DNA of 64,000 nucleotides from an uncultured delta proteobacterium. Lineage in GTDB: Bacteria > Desulfobacterota > Binatia > Binatales > Binataceae. Every line of letters starts with the position of its first letter. The first letter of the stretch is position 1. The stretch covers positions 1,408,001-1,472,000 of the forward strand of contig CAWJET010000001.1 in NCBI GenBank assembly GCA_963842085.1, written 5' to 3'. The notes beneath the pieces were generated by a model. It made no database searches and was not told the DNA's origin. It was given only the letters and a program-made list of their open reading frames with translations. Position numbers and translations under genes: made by a program. This document shows positions 9,720 through 20,299 of this stretch, in pieces.

Positions 9720-12197
9720 TCAGAGCATTCTTACCGGATCGATGTCGATTGCAAGATATATGTCGTCGCCCTCTGCCGACGGCCCGATTTCGGCGCGCAT
9801 CGCGGAGATTGCCGCGTGCATCGGTTTCAACTCGCGCGATTTTAACATCACCTGCCACCGATAGCGCTGCTTGATTCGCTCGATCGGCGCCGGCGCCGGT
9901 CCGAGCACGCGGATCCCCTCCGGCGTCGAGCGCATGGCCAACGATTTCGCGACCGCTTCGGCCACGCGTCTCACCAAGTGCGGCTCCGCACCTTCGATTC
10001 GCACCATCGCGAGGCGTGCGAACGGCGGGTACATCAGGTCGCGGCGCAGTTGCAGCTCGCGCCGCATGAAGCGCGCGTAATCCTGATCCTTGGCGCAACG
10101 GATGCTGTAGTGATTCGGCGCGTAGGTCTGGATGATCACGCGGCCCGGACGCTCGCCGCGGCCCGCGCGTCCCGCAATTTGCGTCAGCAACTGGAACGTG
10201 CGCTCGGCGGAGCGGAAGTCGGGCATGTTCAGCGCCATGTCGGCGTTGACGACCGCTGCCAGCGTGACGCCGGGAAAATCGAAACCCTTGGTGATCATCT
10301 GCGTGCCGACCAGGATATCTATCTCGCCCGCGCGAAGCTCGGCCAGCATCCGCGCGCGCAAGCCGCGCAGACTGCTGGTGTCGGAGTCCATTCTTTCGAT
10401 GCGCGCGGCCGGCATCATCTCCGCCAGCGTCTGCGTGAGCCGCTCGGTGCCGAAGCCCTGCCCCTTGAGGCCGTAGCCTTTGCACTCGGGGCACGTGTCG
10501 GGCGCGGCAGTGTGATTGCCGCAATAGTGGCAGCGGAGCGAGCGGTCGCGCATATGAAAGGTCATGCTGACGCTGCAGTTCGGGCACGCGATCACGTTGC
10601 CGCAAATGTGGCATTGCAGAAAATTGTGGAAGCCGCGGCGGTTGAGGAACACCATGCTCTGGCCGCCCGCCGCAAAATTTTCGCGCAGCGCCGCGACCAG
10701 CGTCGTCGACAGCGGCACCGCGTCCGCAACTTCCGCCGCTTGAGGTTTCTGTTCGCCGGAACCCGTTCCATTTGAAGGCTTGGCCGCAGCAGCCCTGCGC
10801 GCATCGGCGACTTCGCGCCGCATATCGACGATTTCGACCGATGCCATCGCGCGATCGTTCACCCGCCGCGAAAGGCGCAGCAGCCGGTAGCGCCCGCGCC
10901 GCGCATTCGCATACGACTCGCTCGATGGTGTCGCCGAGCCGAGCACGACAGGACAGTTCGAAAATCCCGCGAGCGCGACCGCCAGATCGCGCGCATGATA
11001 GTAAATCCCTTCCTCATTTTTGTACGACGCGTCGTGCTCCTCGTCGACGACGATCAACCCGGCGTCATGCATCGGCGCGAAAATCACCGAGCGCGGGCCG
11101 ATCATCACCCGCGCCCGGCCGCCAATCGCCGCCATCCAGCTCGCCCATCGCTCCGACACGCTCTGCGCGCTGTGCGCGATGCCGACCAGCGAGCCGAAAC
11201 GCGCGCGAAACGACCGCACTATTTCGTGGGCGAGCGCGATTTCGGGCACCATGATCAAAACGTTGCGCCCGGCCGCGAGCGCCCGCGCGGCGAGGTTCAG
11301 ATAAACTTCGGTCTTGCCGCTGGCGGTGACGCCCCAGAGCAGAAACGCCTCGTAGCGCCGGTGCTCGATGGCCGGTGAAATCGCATCGAGCGCGACCTGC
11401 TGCTCGTCGGTGAGATCGAACTCCGCCGCGACGCAATGACTTGCCGCCGCCGGCGCCGGCTCGATCGCAATCAGCCCGCGACCCGCGAGGCTCTTCAACG
11501 CCGCGCTCGCGCCGTCGAGTTCAGCCTTCAGATCTTCGACCCGTACCCCGGCGGCGCCGGCGTTGGCGATCGCGCTCAGCACTTCGCGTTGCTTGGGACC
11601 GCGAACGCCCTCGACGTTTGCGCCGGCCGCGAGTCGAGCGACCAAATCCGCCGTCTCGCGATGCCGACCGGTGGTAGCGTCGCGCCGCTCGAGTATGCCG
11701 TCGGCGACGAACCGCGCAATCGCGGCGCGCACCTCGCTGGGCGAACCGACTTTCTCGAGCTGCCGCGTCGATGCCGCCCGCTTGGCGATCGTCTCGACGA
11801 TGGCGCGCTCGACCCGCGTGAACGCGGCGCGCGCCAGCTCGTCGGGCGGAGTCGCGAGCTTGTACGCCGTCCTCGACTCGACCCGCGCGACCGCCGGAAT
11901 CACGATGCGGTAGGCGTCCGCGATCGAAACCATGTAGTACGACGCGAGAAACTCCATCAGTTGCAAATGCGCGCGGTCGAACAGCGGCCGCGGCTCGAGC
12001 ACTTCGAGAATCGGCTTCAGCTCGCTCGTCGAAAGAAGTTCGCCGACCTCCGTGACCACGCCCGTCACCATCCGCGAGCGCAGCGGCGCCAGCACGCGAT
12101 GCCCCGGCTGGATACGCCCGTCGAGGGCAGGCGGAATCGAATACGTCAGCGTTTCGAATCCGCGGGTCGCCCCGACGATCACAATATTGGCCTGCAT
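9720..12197 (-). CDS. priA: Primosomal protein N'
   Basis: GVTASGKTEVY, DEEHD, SAT, four CxxC pairs, GTQMITKGFDFP, QIAGRAGR. Confidence 0.97.
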   Translation of the reverse strand: MQANIVIVGATRGFETLTYSIPPALDGRIQPGHRVLAPLRSRMVTGVVTEVGELLSTSELKPILEVLEPRPLFDRAHLQLMEFLASYYMVSIADAYRIVIPAVARVESRTAYKLATPPDELARAAFTRVERAIVETIAKRAASTRQLEKVGSPSEVRAAIARFVADGILERRDATTGRHRETADLVARLAAGANVEGVRGPKQREVLSAIANAGAAGVRVEDLKAELDGASAALKSLAGRGLIAIEPAPAAASHCVAAEFDLTDEQQVALDAISPAIEHRRYEAFLLWGVTASGKTEVYLNLAARALAAGRNVLIMVPEIALAHEIVRSFRARFGSLVGIAHSAQSVSERWASWMAAIGGRARVMIGPRSVIFAPMHDAGLIVVDEEHDASYKNEEGIYYHARDLAVALAGFSNCPVVLGSATPSSESYANARRGRYRLLRLSRRVNDRAMASVEIVDMRREVADARRAAAAKPSNGTGSGEQKPQAAEVADAVPLSTTLVAALRENFAAGGQSMVFLNRRGFHNFLQCHICGNVIACPNCSVSMTFHMRDRSLRCHYCGNHTAAPDTCPECKGYGLKGQGFGTERLTQTLAEMMPAARIERMDSDTSSLRGLRARMLAELRAGEIDILVGTQMITKGFDFPGVTLAAVVNADMALNMPDFRSAERTFQLLTQIAGRAGRGERPGRVIIQTYAPNHYSIRCAKDQDYARFMRRELQLRRDLMYPPFARLAMVRIEGAEPHLVRRVAEAVAKSLAMRSTPEGIRVLGPAPAPIERIKQRYRWQVMLKSRELKPMHAAISAMRAEIGPSAEGDDIYLAIDIDPVRML

Positions 12198-12379
12198 CTC
12201 GACTGTCTCTGCGCATGCAACTTACACCCCACGCGAGCGACGCCGCGAGTCGCTACGCCGCCGACCGCGGGATTTGCCCGATCGATCCCCGCTTTCGCGG
12301 GCGCGTACAGTCTGGTTGAATCGGTCATGGAGGCCCGCTCGACCGAAAGACCGAACCCGCGGGAGGCGAAACAAACCCG

Positions 12380-13546
12380 ATGCTCCGATTCCTGACTGCC
12401 GGTGAATCGCACGGCCCCGAGCTGGTCGCGACGGTCGAGGGCGTGCCGGCCGGCTTCGACATCGACGTCGCCGCGATCAACGCCGACCTCGCGCGCCGCC
12501 AAAAGGGCTACGGCCGCGGCGGCAGAATGCTGATCGAAAAAGACGAGGTGCGGCCGGTTTCCGGCATCCGCTTCGGCAAATCGCTCGGCAGTCCGATCAC
12601 GTTCATCATCGAAAATCGCGACTTCAAGAACTGGGTCAAGAAGATGTCCGCCGACCCCAGCGATCGCGGCGCGGCGGAGATCGTCACGCGGGCGCGGCCC
12701 GGCCATGCCGACCTTGCGGGCGTGCTCAAATACAATCTCGAAGATATCCGCGACGTGCTCGAACGGGCGTCCGCGCGCGAGACCACTGCGCGAGTGGCGA
12801 TCGGCGGCCTGGCCAAGCAGATTCTCTTGCCGTTCGGGATCGACGTGCTCGGCTACGTAGCCGGCATCGGCGCCACCGAGGCGAAGACGCCGGCGGGCTT
12901 GAGCATCGAAGAGCTGCGCCGCATCACGGAAGCGTCGCAAGTGCGCGTGGCAGATCCAGAGGCCGAACGCAAAATAATCGCCGAAATCGATGAGTGCAAA
13001 AAGACCGGCGACACCCTCGGCGGCATCGTCGAAGTCATCGCGACCGGATTGCCGGTCGGGCTCGGCAGTCACGTGCAATGGGATCGCAAACTCGACGGAC
13101 GCCTTGCGTTCGCGCTGCTCAGCCTGCAAGCCGCCAAGGGCGTCGAGCTAGGCCTGGGCTTCAAGGCGGGACGGATTCGCGGCTCCGAGCTTCACGACGA
13201 AATCGGCTACGACGCCGCGCATCGACGCTTCACGCGCCACTCGAACAATTCCGGCGGCACCGAGGGCGGCATGAGCACCGGCGAGCCGCTGCGCGTGCGC
13301 GTCGCGTTCAAGCCGCTATCGACGCTGATGCGCCCGCTGCGCTCGGTCGATATCAAAACCAAGGCGGAAGCGGTCGGCGCGATCGAGCGCTCCGACGTAT
13401 GCGCGATTCCCGCCGCCGCCGTCATCGCCGAAGCGGTGGTCGCGTTTGAACTGGCGGCGGCTTTCATCGAAAAGTTCGGCGGCGATTCGCTGACCGAGAT
13501 TACGCGCAACTTCAAGGGCTTTCTCGAGCAGGTCCGCAACTACTGA
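12380..13546 (+). CDS. aroC: Chorismate synthase
   Basis: TAGESHG, RPGHAD, ERASARET, RSDVC. Confidence 0.98.
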   Translation: MLRFLTAGESHGPELVATVEGVPAGFDIDVAAINADLARRQKGYGRGGRMLIEKDEVRPVSGIRFGKSLGSPITFIIENRDFKNWVKKMSADPSDRGAAEIVTRARPGHADLAGVLKYNLEDIRDVLERASARETTARVAIGGLAKQILLPFGIDVLGYVAGIGATEAKTPAGLSIEELRRITEASQVRVADPEAERKIIAEIDECKKTGDTLGGIVEVIATGLPVGLGSHVQWDRKLDGRLAFALLSLQAAKGVELGLGFKAGRIRGSELHDEIGYDAAHRRFTRHSNNSGGTEGGMSTGEPLRVRVAFKPLSTLMRPLRSVDIKTKAEAVGAIERSDVCAIPAAAVIAEAVVAFELAAAFIEKFGGDSLTEITRNFKGFLEQVRNY

Positions 13547-13597
13547 AACGGCAAGCGCGCCCGGCTGGACAGACGCGCGCGCAATGCTGCAACGCCA

Positions 13598-14185
13598 ATG
13601 ACGCCCAAACTGATCCTCACCGGATTCATGGCCACCGGCAAAACCTCGGTCGGCCCGCTCGTCGCGCGCCGGCTCGGATGGGAATTCGTGGACGTCGATT
13701 CTGTAGTCGTCGCGCGCGCCGGAAAACCAATCGCGCAAATCTTCGCCGACCAGGGCGAGGCGCACTTCCGCAAGCTCGAACGCGAAGTGGTCGCGCACCT
13801 GAGCGGCGATCGCCGGCGATGCCCCCAATGCCACGGCCCGCATCCCGGAGTGATTTCGACCGGCGGCGGCGTACTGGTTGACGAGTCGAATTGCGCGGCG
13901 CTCAAGCGCGTCGGCGTGATTGTATGCCTCACGGCGCGGCCTGAAGTCGTCGCGGCGCGCGTCGAACGGTCGAAAGCAAAGCGCCCGAAACTCACCGAAG
14001 GCGGGAAATCCACCCTGGCTCGAATCAAGGAACTGATGGCCGAGCGCTCCGACGCTTACGCCCACGCCGACGTCCAAATCGACACCTCCGATCTCACGGT
14101 CGAGCAACTGGCCGACCATGTTATCGCGGCCTTCGGCGCACACGCCGCGCGACGAATCCTGCCATCGGCGGTTGACGCCGCATAG
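13598..14185 (+). CDS. aroK: Shikimate kinase
   Basis: GFMATGKT Walker A, DVD, GEAHFRKLE, STGGG, RP motif; lies between aroC and aroB. Confidence 0.95.
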   Translation: MTPKLILTGFMATGKTSVGPLVARRLGWEFVDVDSVVVARAGKPIAQIFADQGEAHFRKLEREVVAHLSGDRRRCPQCHGPHPGVISTGGGVLVDESNCAALKRVGVIVCLTARPEVVAARVERSKAKRPKLTEGGKSTLARIKELMAERSDAYAHADVQIDTSDLTVEQLADHVIAAFGAHAARRILPSAVDAA

Positions 14186-14187
14186 CG

Positions 14188-15264
14188 ATGCGTACCATCC
14201 GCATAGAACTGGGGCCCGCGTCGCATGACGCTCACGTCGGCGCGGGAATCCTCGAGCGGCTCGGCGAACTCGCGCGCGGCGCCGGACTGAAGCCCGCCAT
14301 CTGCGCCGTCGTCACCGACTCGACAGTGGAGAAGCTGTACGCAGCACGTGTCGAGGACGCACTTCGCAAGAGCGGTTTCTCACCCGTCGTGATTTCGGTG
14401 CCGCCGGGCGAAGCCTCCAAGTCTCTGCTGACGTTGGAGCTGCTCTACGATCGCATGACCGAGGTCGGGCTTGACCGCAACAGCGCGGTGTTCGCGCTCG
14501 GCGGCGGTGTCGTCGGCGATCTCGCGGGATTTGCGGCTGCGACCTTTCTCCGCGGTGTGCCGCTGGTGCAAGCGCCGACCACGGTGGTCGCGCAGGTTGA
14601 TTCCGCGCTCGGCGGCAAGACCGCGATCAACCATCGCCACGCCAAAAATTTGATCGGTGCATTCTACCCGCCGCGGCTCATCGTCGCCGACGTGGCGACC
14701 CTCGCTACGCTGCCCGACCGCGAGTTCCGCGAAGGCCTGGCCGAAGTTATCAAGTATGGCGCAATCATGGACGCGCCGATGATCGCCGACCTGGAACGCG
14801 ACCTCGACGCGATCCTGGCGCGGCGCCCGACCCTGCTTGAGCAGATCGTCGCACGCTCGCTGATGCACAAAGCCGCCGTCGTCGGCGCCGACGAGCACGA
14901 AAGCGGTCTGCGCAAAACCCTGAACTTCGGCCATACCATCGGCCATGCGATTGAAGCGAGCGCCGGCTACGGCAGCTATTTTCATGGCGAGGCCGTCGCT
15001 ATCGGGATGGTCGCGGCGGCCCGGCTCTCCAGCAGATATGCCGGCCTGTCGGCGGACGAGGCGTCGCGTCTTCAGCACCTGATCGAGCGCGCCGGCTTGC
15101 CGGCCGCGATGCCCTCTGGATGGCGCAATGACGACTTTATCCGCGCGCTCAGCCTCGACAAGAAACGCGCGGCCGGCGCAATCGAATTTGTGCTGCTCGA
15201 CCGCCTCGGTCATTCGTTGACAAAAAGTCTCTCGACTGACGACATCGTGTCACCTCTGCTTTGA
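14188..15264 (+). CDS. aroB: 3-dehydroquinate synthase
   Basis: GGGVVGDLAGF, GGKTAIN, LNFGHTIGHAIE, HGEAVAIGM. Confidence 0.97.
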   Translation: MRTIRIELGPASHDAHVGAGILERLGELARGAGLKPAICAVVTDSTVEKLYAARVEDALRKSGFSPVVISVPPGEASKSLLTLELLYDRMTEVGLDRNSAVFALGGGVVGDLAGFAAATFLRGVPLVQAPTTVVAQVDSALGGKTAINHRHAKNLIGAFYPPRLIVADVATLATLPDREFREGLAEVIKYGAIMDAPMIADLERDLDAILARRPTLLEQIVARSLMHKAAVVGADEHESGLRKTLNFGHTIGHAIEASAGYGSYFHGEAVAIGMVAAARLSSRYAGLSADEASRLQHLIERAGLPAAMPSGWRNDDFIRALSLDKKRAAGAIEFVLLDRLGHSLTKSLSTDDIVSPLL

Positions 15265-15472
15265 ATTTCTGCGTGCGCAGACAACCAAATCCTGAATGTC
15301 GTGACCGAAAGTGTTCTTGAGGTGACTAATTGTTTTGAAACTTCCGCTTGAACGCTTGGCGAGTCTATGATGTGTTTAGTATGTACTGAGTGGCGTACGC
15401 TGGGATTGGTCAAATCCTAAATAGTTAAGAGTCAAGAAGACGGGGCTAACGCGCGTAACGCAGAGGTGCTAC

Positions 15473-15691
15473 ATGGATCGTTTCGATGAAATGAAAAGCA
15501 GGGTGCTGACAGTACAGGAAGTGTCAAGCTACCTGCGGGTGCATCCGTCCACGATTTACAGGATGCTCAAGAAGAATCAGCTGCCGGCTTTCCGCGTCGG
15601 CAGCGACTGGCGCTTCACCGTCGAGGCAATCGACAAATGGCGCGCCGCGGTGGAGTTGGGCGCTCCCGCTCCAGCGAGCCACGACGGCTGA
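15473..15691 (+). CDS. Small excisionase-like (HTH_17) DNA-binding protein
   Basis: LTVQEVSSYLRVHPSTIYRM...LPAFRVGSDWRF; SD GAGG. Confidence 0.88.
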   Translation: MDRFDEMKSRVLTVQEVSSYLRVHPSTIYRMLKKNQLPAFRVGSDWRFTVEAIDKWRAAVELGAPAPASHDG

Positions 15692-15743
15692 GTTCGAAGT
15701 GCCCGGATAAACCCGGCTGGACGAAAATCGACGCGCCGGCCTG

Positions 15744-16697
15744 CTAATTCTGGAAATACCGGCGCGGATTTTCCACCAGCATCGCGCGAATTTTTGCCTC
15801 TCCTACGCCCGCCCGCTTCAGTGCCGGCACGATATTCTTGAAGACGTGCGTCGGTGTCCAGTTAGCTATCAGCTTGGCCGTCTCCGGCGTCAGATCGGGC
15901 CCGCGCCCAAGCCAGCATGCGACGGTGTCGTGCGACAGCACGAGTTGATTTTCGTAGCCCACGCCCAGCAATCCAATCAGCGCCGCCAGGCGCAGCTTGT
16001 CGGGATGCAGGAAGTCCAGGCCGAAGCGGTCGAACCCCAGGATGCATCCGCGATCGAGCATCGCCGTATGATAGCCGAGGTCCGACGAGCCGCAGCTATG
16101 CCCGATGATCACGCGGCTTAAGTCCGCGCCTTCCGACGCGAAGATGTCGAGCTGCTCGCGCCCCATCGTGCCATCATCGGTATGCGTTGTGATCGGCGCG
16201 CCGGTCGCCTTGTGCGCGCGCGCCGCCGCCCGCAGGCACATGTCCTCGTATTTCGTGATCTGCCCCTTGCCGGTCGCGCACTTGATGATGCCGGCCTTGA
16301 TTCCCGTGTCGCCCACGCCCTTGGTGATCTCGCTGATGTAGACCGACGCGATGTCGTCGATCGTGCGCTGCTTGAAATATGAAGTGTTGCCCAGGTCTTC
16401 CTTGTACAAGCCGGTCGCGCAGATTATTCGCACGCCCGACGCCGACGCCGCCTCGGCCATGAAGGTCACGTCGCGGCCGATATCCATCGGGCAGGGGTCG
16501 ACAAACGTCTCGAGTCCCAGGTCGCGCACCTCCTTGAGCCGCTCGACGCAGTTCTTGAGCGCCGCCTTGCGCTCGAACTTCGGTGCAGCGCAGTCAAGCT
16601 CCCATCCGGCCCAACCGATCAGCAGATGCTCGTGCATGAGCGTCGTCCCGAGCTGCTCCGGACTCGCGGTTCCAGTAACGGTGTTGATTGCTTTCAT
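15744..16697 (-). CDS. Phosphotriesterase-like lactonase/amidohydrolase
   Basis: TLMHEHL, GIIKCA (carboxylated Lys), THT, IGH, LSHD, NPRR. Confidence 0.92.
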   Translation of the reverse strand: MKAINTVTGTASPEQLGTTLMHEHLLIGWAGWELDCAAPKFERKAALKNCVERLKEVRDLGLETFVDPCPMDIGRDVTFMAEAASASGVRIICATGLYKEDLGNTSYFKQRTIDDIASVYISEITKGVGDTGIKAGIIKCATGKGQITKYEDMCLRAAARAHKATGAPITTHTDDGTMGREQLDIFASEGADLSRVIIGHSCGSSDLGYHTAMLDRGCILGFDRFGLDFLHPDKLRLAALIGLLGVGYENQLVLSHDTVACWLGRGPDLTPETAKLIANWTPTHVFKNIVPALKRAGVGEAKIRAMLVENPRRYFQN

Positions 16698-16816
16698 CGC
16701 GATGCGCTCCCTGCCAGGCGCAAATCTCGCGTCCGGCGCCGATCCAGACTTCGATTTTGCGAAACTAGACCCGCGGCGGCAACGCCGTCAAATGCGCCAA
16801 TCCGCGATTTAGCTTT

Positions 16817-17404
16817 TTAACTCGAACGATCCGGCCCTGGCTCGTCGTCGCTGCCAAAGAACGTGGCGAGGATGATCAGCACGACGCCAATCGAGATCGC
16901 GCTATCCGCGACGTTGAACACCGGGTAGTTCAGGTCGTAGTAATGCGCGCGCATAAAGTCGATCACGCGGCCGCCGCGCAGCGCGCGATCGATCAGGTTT
17001 CCCGTCGCGCCGCCAAGGATCAGTGCGAAGGCGACCGAATTGATCGACACGCGCGGCGCGCGCGCCAGCAGCACGACCAGCACAATGATTGCCGCGGTCG
17101 ACATCGACATCAGGAACGCCAGCCGCGCCCACGGCGGCGCCTGCGCCAGCATGCTGAATGCCGCGCCCGGATTCAGCGCGTAGGTGAGGTCGAGGTAGTT
17201 TGGAATCAGTGCGATACTTTCATAAAGGGCCATGTGCGCCTGCACCAGCATCTTGGTCGCCTGGTCGAGCAGGATGATCGGAATCGTGATGGCGCCGAGC
17301 AAAAAAAGGAACGGCCGCCGCGGCGGCGCCGCAGCCGATTCTTTTGCCGCTGCGCGTTCGGCAACCACACCCGGAAGGGGTTTCGCGCTCGATCGTTCCG
17401 GCAA
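16817..17404 (-). CDS. lspA: Lipoprotein signal peptidase
   Basis: LDQATK, NPGAAFS, GNLIDR, VIDF, FNVADSAI; downstream of ileS. Confidence 0.96.
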   Translation of the reverse strand: MPERSSAKPLPGVVAERAAAKESAAAPPRRPFLFLLGAITIPIILLDQATKMLVQAHMALYESIALIPNYLDLTYALNPGAAFSMLAQAPPWARLAFLMSMSTAAIIVLVVLLARAPRVSINSVAFALILGGATGNLIDRALRGGRVIDFMRAHYYDLNYPVFNVADSAISIGVVLIILATFFGSDDEPGPDRSS

Positions 17405-17407
17405 CGG

Positions 17408-20299
17408 CTACGCTCCCACCACCGCGCGGCATCTCGCATCCAACTGCTCGCCGCGGCCGTTCTCGAAGTACTTCCAGCATCGCGCGCACTTGACCCCCGA
17501 AGCGTGACGTCCGACCAGCGTGATTGCGGGATTCGCGGCGGCGCGCGCGAAGGCGCCATCGACGGCGAATGCCTCGCGATCGCCGGCTTGCCGCCTGATC
17601 TCGGCTGCCTGCGCATCGTCCATGATCGCCACCTCCGAGACGATGAACAAATCTTTCAGCGCTTCGCGATACTGCTTGAGCGTTTCGGCCAGTCCGCTCT
17701 CAGAGCCGCCGTTGACACCCAGGCTGATCGCGGCATCAAGCGGCGCGCCAATCGTCCCTGACTGGCGCATTGCCTCGAGCAGCTTGAGCGCTTCGTCGCG
17801 AACCTTGAGCAACCGCTCCCATCGCGCCTCCAGCTCCTGGTCGCGCCACGACGGATTCGCCGGATGCATCGTTGTCAGATGCACGCTCTCGAGCCGCTTT
17901 CCCGGGAGATACGCGTAAACTTCCTCGGCCGTAAACGGAATCAGCGGCGCGAGCATCCTGACCATCGTGTCGAGAATATTGAACAGCGCGGTCTGCGCCG
18001 AGCGCCGCTCGCGCGATTTTTCCGCCGAACAGTAGAGGCGGTCGCGCGCGACGTCGATATACAGCGAGCTCAAATCGACCACGATGAAATTCAGCATCAC
18101 CTGGAACGCGGTCTGGAATTCGAACGCTTCGTATGCACGGCGCACTTCGCTCTTGAGCTTCTCGGTGCGCGCCAGGATGAACCGATCGAACTCGAGCATG
18201 TCTTTCAATTCAACCGCATCGCGCGCCGGATCGAAGTCGGCCAGGTTGCCCAGCACGAAGCGGCAGGTGTTGCGAATCTTGCGATACGACTCCGACACTG
18301 CGCTGAAGATCGTCTGGCCGAGCGTGATGTCGGCCGTGTAGTCGAGCGACGCGTACACCAGCCGCAGCACGTCGGCGCCCATCCGTCCGACCGCATCAAC
18401 GGCGTCCTCCGAGTTGCCGAGCGACTTGGACATCTTGCGCCCTTTTTCGTCCACGGTCAGCCCGTGGCTGATCACACTCTTGAACGGCGCGGTGCCGCGC
18501 TCAGATACCGCGCAAACCAGCGACGAGCCGAACCATCCGCGCGCCTGCTCGACCGCCTCCAGGTACGCGTCCGCCGGCCACTTGAGTTCCGGGCGCGCGC
18601 CGAGCACGGCGGCTTGCGACGAGCCCGAATCGAACCACACGTCGAGGATGTCTTCTTCCCTGGTAAAAGCCGCGCTGCCGCACTTCGTGCACTTGAAGCC
18701 CGGCGCGACGAAGTCGGCAGCCGGCCGGCTGTACCACGCGTCGGACCCTTCGCGCGCGAAAATCTCCTCGGTGCGATCCAGCGTCGCGAGCAGCGGTGCA
18801 ACCTCGTTGCATTCGGCGCATCTGACGGCGGGAATCGGCACGCCCCACGCGCGCTGGCGCGAGATGCACCAGTCCGGGCGCGTCTCGGTCATGTTGCGGA
18901 TCCGGTCGCGCGACCATCCGGGGTACCACTTCACCTTATCGATCGCGTCGATCACCTTGGCGCGCAGTCCGTTATGGTCGATGCTCACGAACCATTGTTC
19001 AGTCGCGAGAAAAATCAGCGGATTGTGGCATCGCCAGCAATGCGGATAGCTGTGCGCGAAGCTTTGCGCATGCAGCAGCGCACCGGCCGCGCGGAGCCGC
19101 TCGACGATCGACTTGTTCGCCTTGAAGACATTCTGCCCCGCCCATTCTCCGCCGTCCGCCGTGAACACTCCGCCGCCATCGACGGGAGTGAATGGCGTCA
19201 GGCCGTACGCCTTGCCCACGACGAAATCCTCGTAGCCGTGGCCCGGCGCGGTGTGCACCAGGCCGGTACCGGTGTCGGCGGTGACGTGCTCGGCGTACAT
19301 CAGCTTGACGTCCCGCGGCAGGAACGGATGCCGAAAAATATCCTGGCCGTCGAGCGCCTTGAGCGACGCGCGGCTGAGCGCGATTCGTTTCTCGACTGCC
19401 AGGCCGCATTCCTTGGCGACGCTGTCCGCCAGTCGCGACGCCACCACGTAATAATGATCGCCAACCTTCAGCGCGACATAGTCGAACGTCTCGTTCAGTG
19501 AGATTCCGAGATTCGCGGGAATTGTCCACGGCGTCGTCGTCCAGATTACCGCCGAGAGTTTGCCGGCCTTGTGCGCGGCGGCCAGTTCGGCGCGGTCGTT
19601 GGCTTCGGCAGCCAGCGCGCCCGCGTCCTTGAGATTCGAGCTGAACGCAAACGCGACGTAAATCGAGGGCGACACGTGCTCGCGGTACTCGACCTCGGCT
19701 TCCGCCAGCGCCGAGCGGCAGTCGAAGCACCAATGCACCGGGCGCAGTCCGCGATAGACGTAGCCACTCTCGACCATCTTGCGCAGCACGCGGATTTCCG
19801 CCGCGTCGTACTGCGGCGCCATCGTGAGATACGGCTTGAACCAATCGCCGATACATCCCAGCCGCCGAAAGTCCGAGCGCTGCAAGTCGATCCACTTCTC
19901 CGCTTCGGCGCGGCACAGCTTGCGCAGCTCGAGCTTGGGCATCGTGCGCGCCCGGTCGCCGCCGAGTTCGCGCGAAACCTTGAGCTCGATCGGCATCCCG
20001 TGACAGTCCCATCCCGGCACGAACGGCGTCCGATATCCCATCATCGAGCGCGACCGCACCACGAAGTCTTTCAGAATTTTGTTGAGCGCAGTGCCGAGAT
20101 GCACGCGACCGTTGGCATACGGAGGTCCGTCGTGCAGCACCCAGGACTCGGCGTCCTTGCGGGCTTCCATCAGGCACGCGTAGACGTCGGTGTCGTCCCA
20201 ATGCTTGAGCATTTCCGGCTCCCGCTTGGGCAGATTCGCCTTCATCGGAAAGTCGGTCTTGGGAAGTTTCAGCGTCGATTTGTAATCGGTCTCAGCCAC
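17408..20299 (-). CDS. ileS: Isoleucine-tRNA ligase (type 1-like)
   Basis: LPKTDFPMKANL, HDGPPYANG, PGWDCHG, WTTTPWT, GTGLVHTAPGHG, KMSKS. Confidence 0.98.
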   Translation of the reverse strand: MAETDYKSTLKLPKTDFPMKANLPKREPEMLKHWDDTDVYACLMEARKDAESWVLHDGPPYANGRVHLGTALNKILKDFVVRSRSMMGYRTPFVPGWDCHGMPIELKVSRELGGDRARTMPKLELRKLCRAEAEKWIDLQRSDFRRLGCIGDWFKPYLTMAPQYDAAEIRVLRKMVESGYVYRGLRPVHWCFDCRSALAEAEVEYREHVSPSIYVAFAFSSNLKDAGALAAEANDRAELAAAHKAGKLSAVIWTTTPWTIPANLGISLNETFDYVALKVGDHYYVVASRLADSVAKECGLAVEKRIALSRASLKALDGQDIFRHPFLPRDVKLMYAEHVTADTGTGLVHTAPGHGYEDFVVGKAYGLTPFTPVDGGGVFTADGGEWAGQNVFKANKSIVERLRAAGALLHAQSFAHSYPHCWRCHNPLIFLATEQWFVSIDHNGLRAKVIDAIDKVKWYPGWSRDRIRNMTETRPDWCISRQRAWGVPIPAVRCAECNEVAPLLATLDRTEEIFAREGSDAWYSRPAADFVAPGFKCTKCGSAAFTREEDILDVWFDSGSSQAAVLGARPELKWPADAYLEAVEQARGWFGSSLVCAVSERGTAPFKSVISHGLTVDEKGRKMSKSLGNSEDAVDAVGRMGADVLRLVYASLDYTADITLGQTIFSAVSESYRKIRNTCRFVLGNLADFDPARDAVELKDMLEFDRFILARTEKLKSEVRRAYEAFEFQTAFQVMLNFIVVDLSSLYIDVARDRLYCSAEKSRERRSAQTALFNILDTMVRMLAPLIPFTAEEVYAYLPGKRLESVHLTTMHPANPSWRDQELEARWERLLKVRDEALKLLEAMRQSGTIGAPLDAAISLGVNGGSESGLAETLKQYREALKDLFIVSEVAIMDDAQAAEIRRQAGDREAFAVDGAFARAAANPAITLVGRHASGVKCARCWKYFENGRGEQLDARCRAVVGA

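Noticed and set aside
12200-12379. Hairpins in the priA/aroC divergent region as a riboswitch
   Set aside because: Stems (TCGGTC/GACCGA) are short, expected at this GC content, and match no riboswitch consensus I recognise
13820-13834. CxxCH in AroK as a c-type heme site
   Set aside because: Cytoplasmic enzyme without a signal peptide; heme c attachment occurs outside the membrane
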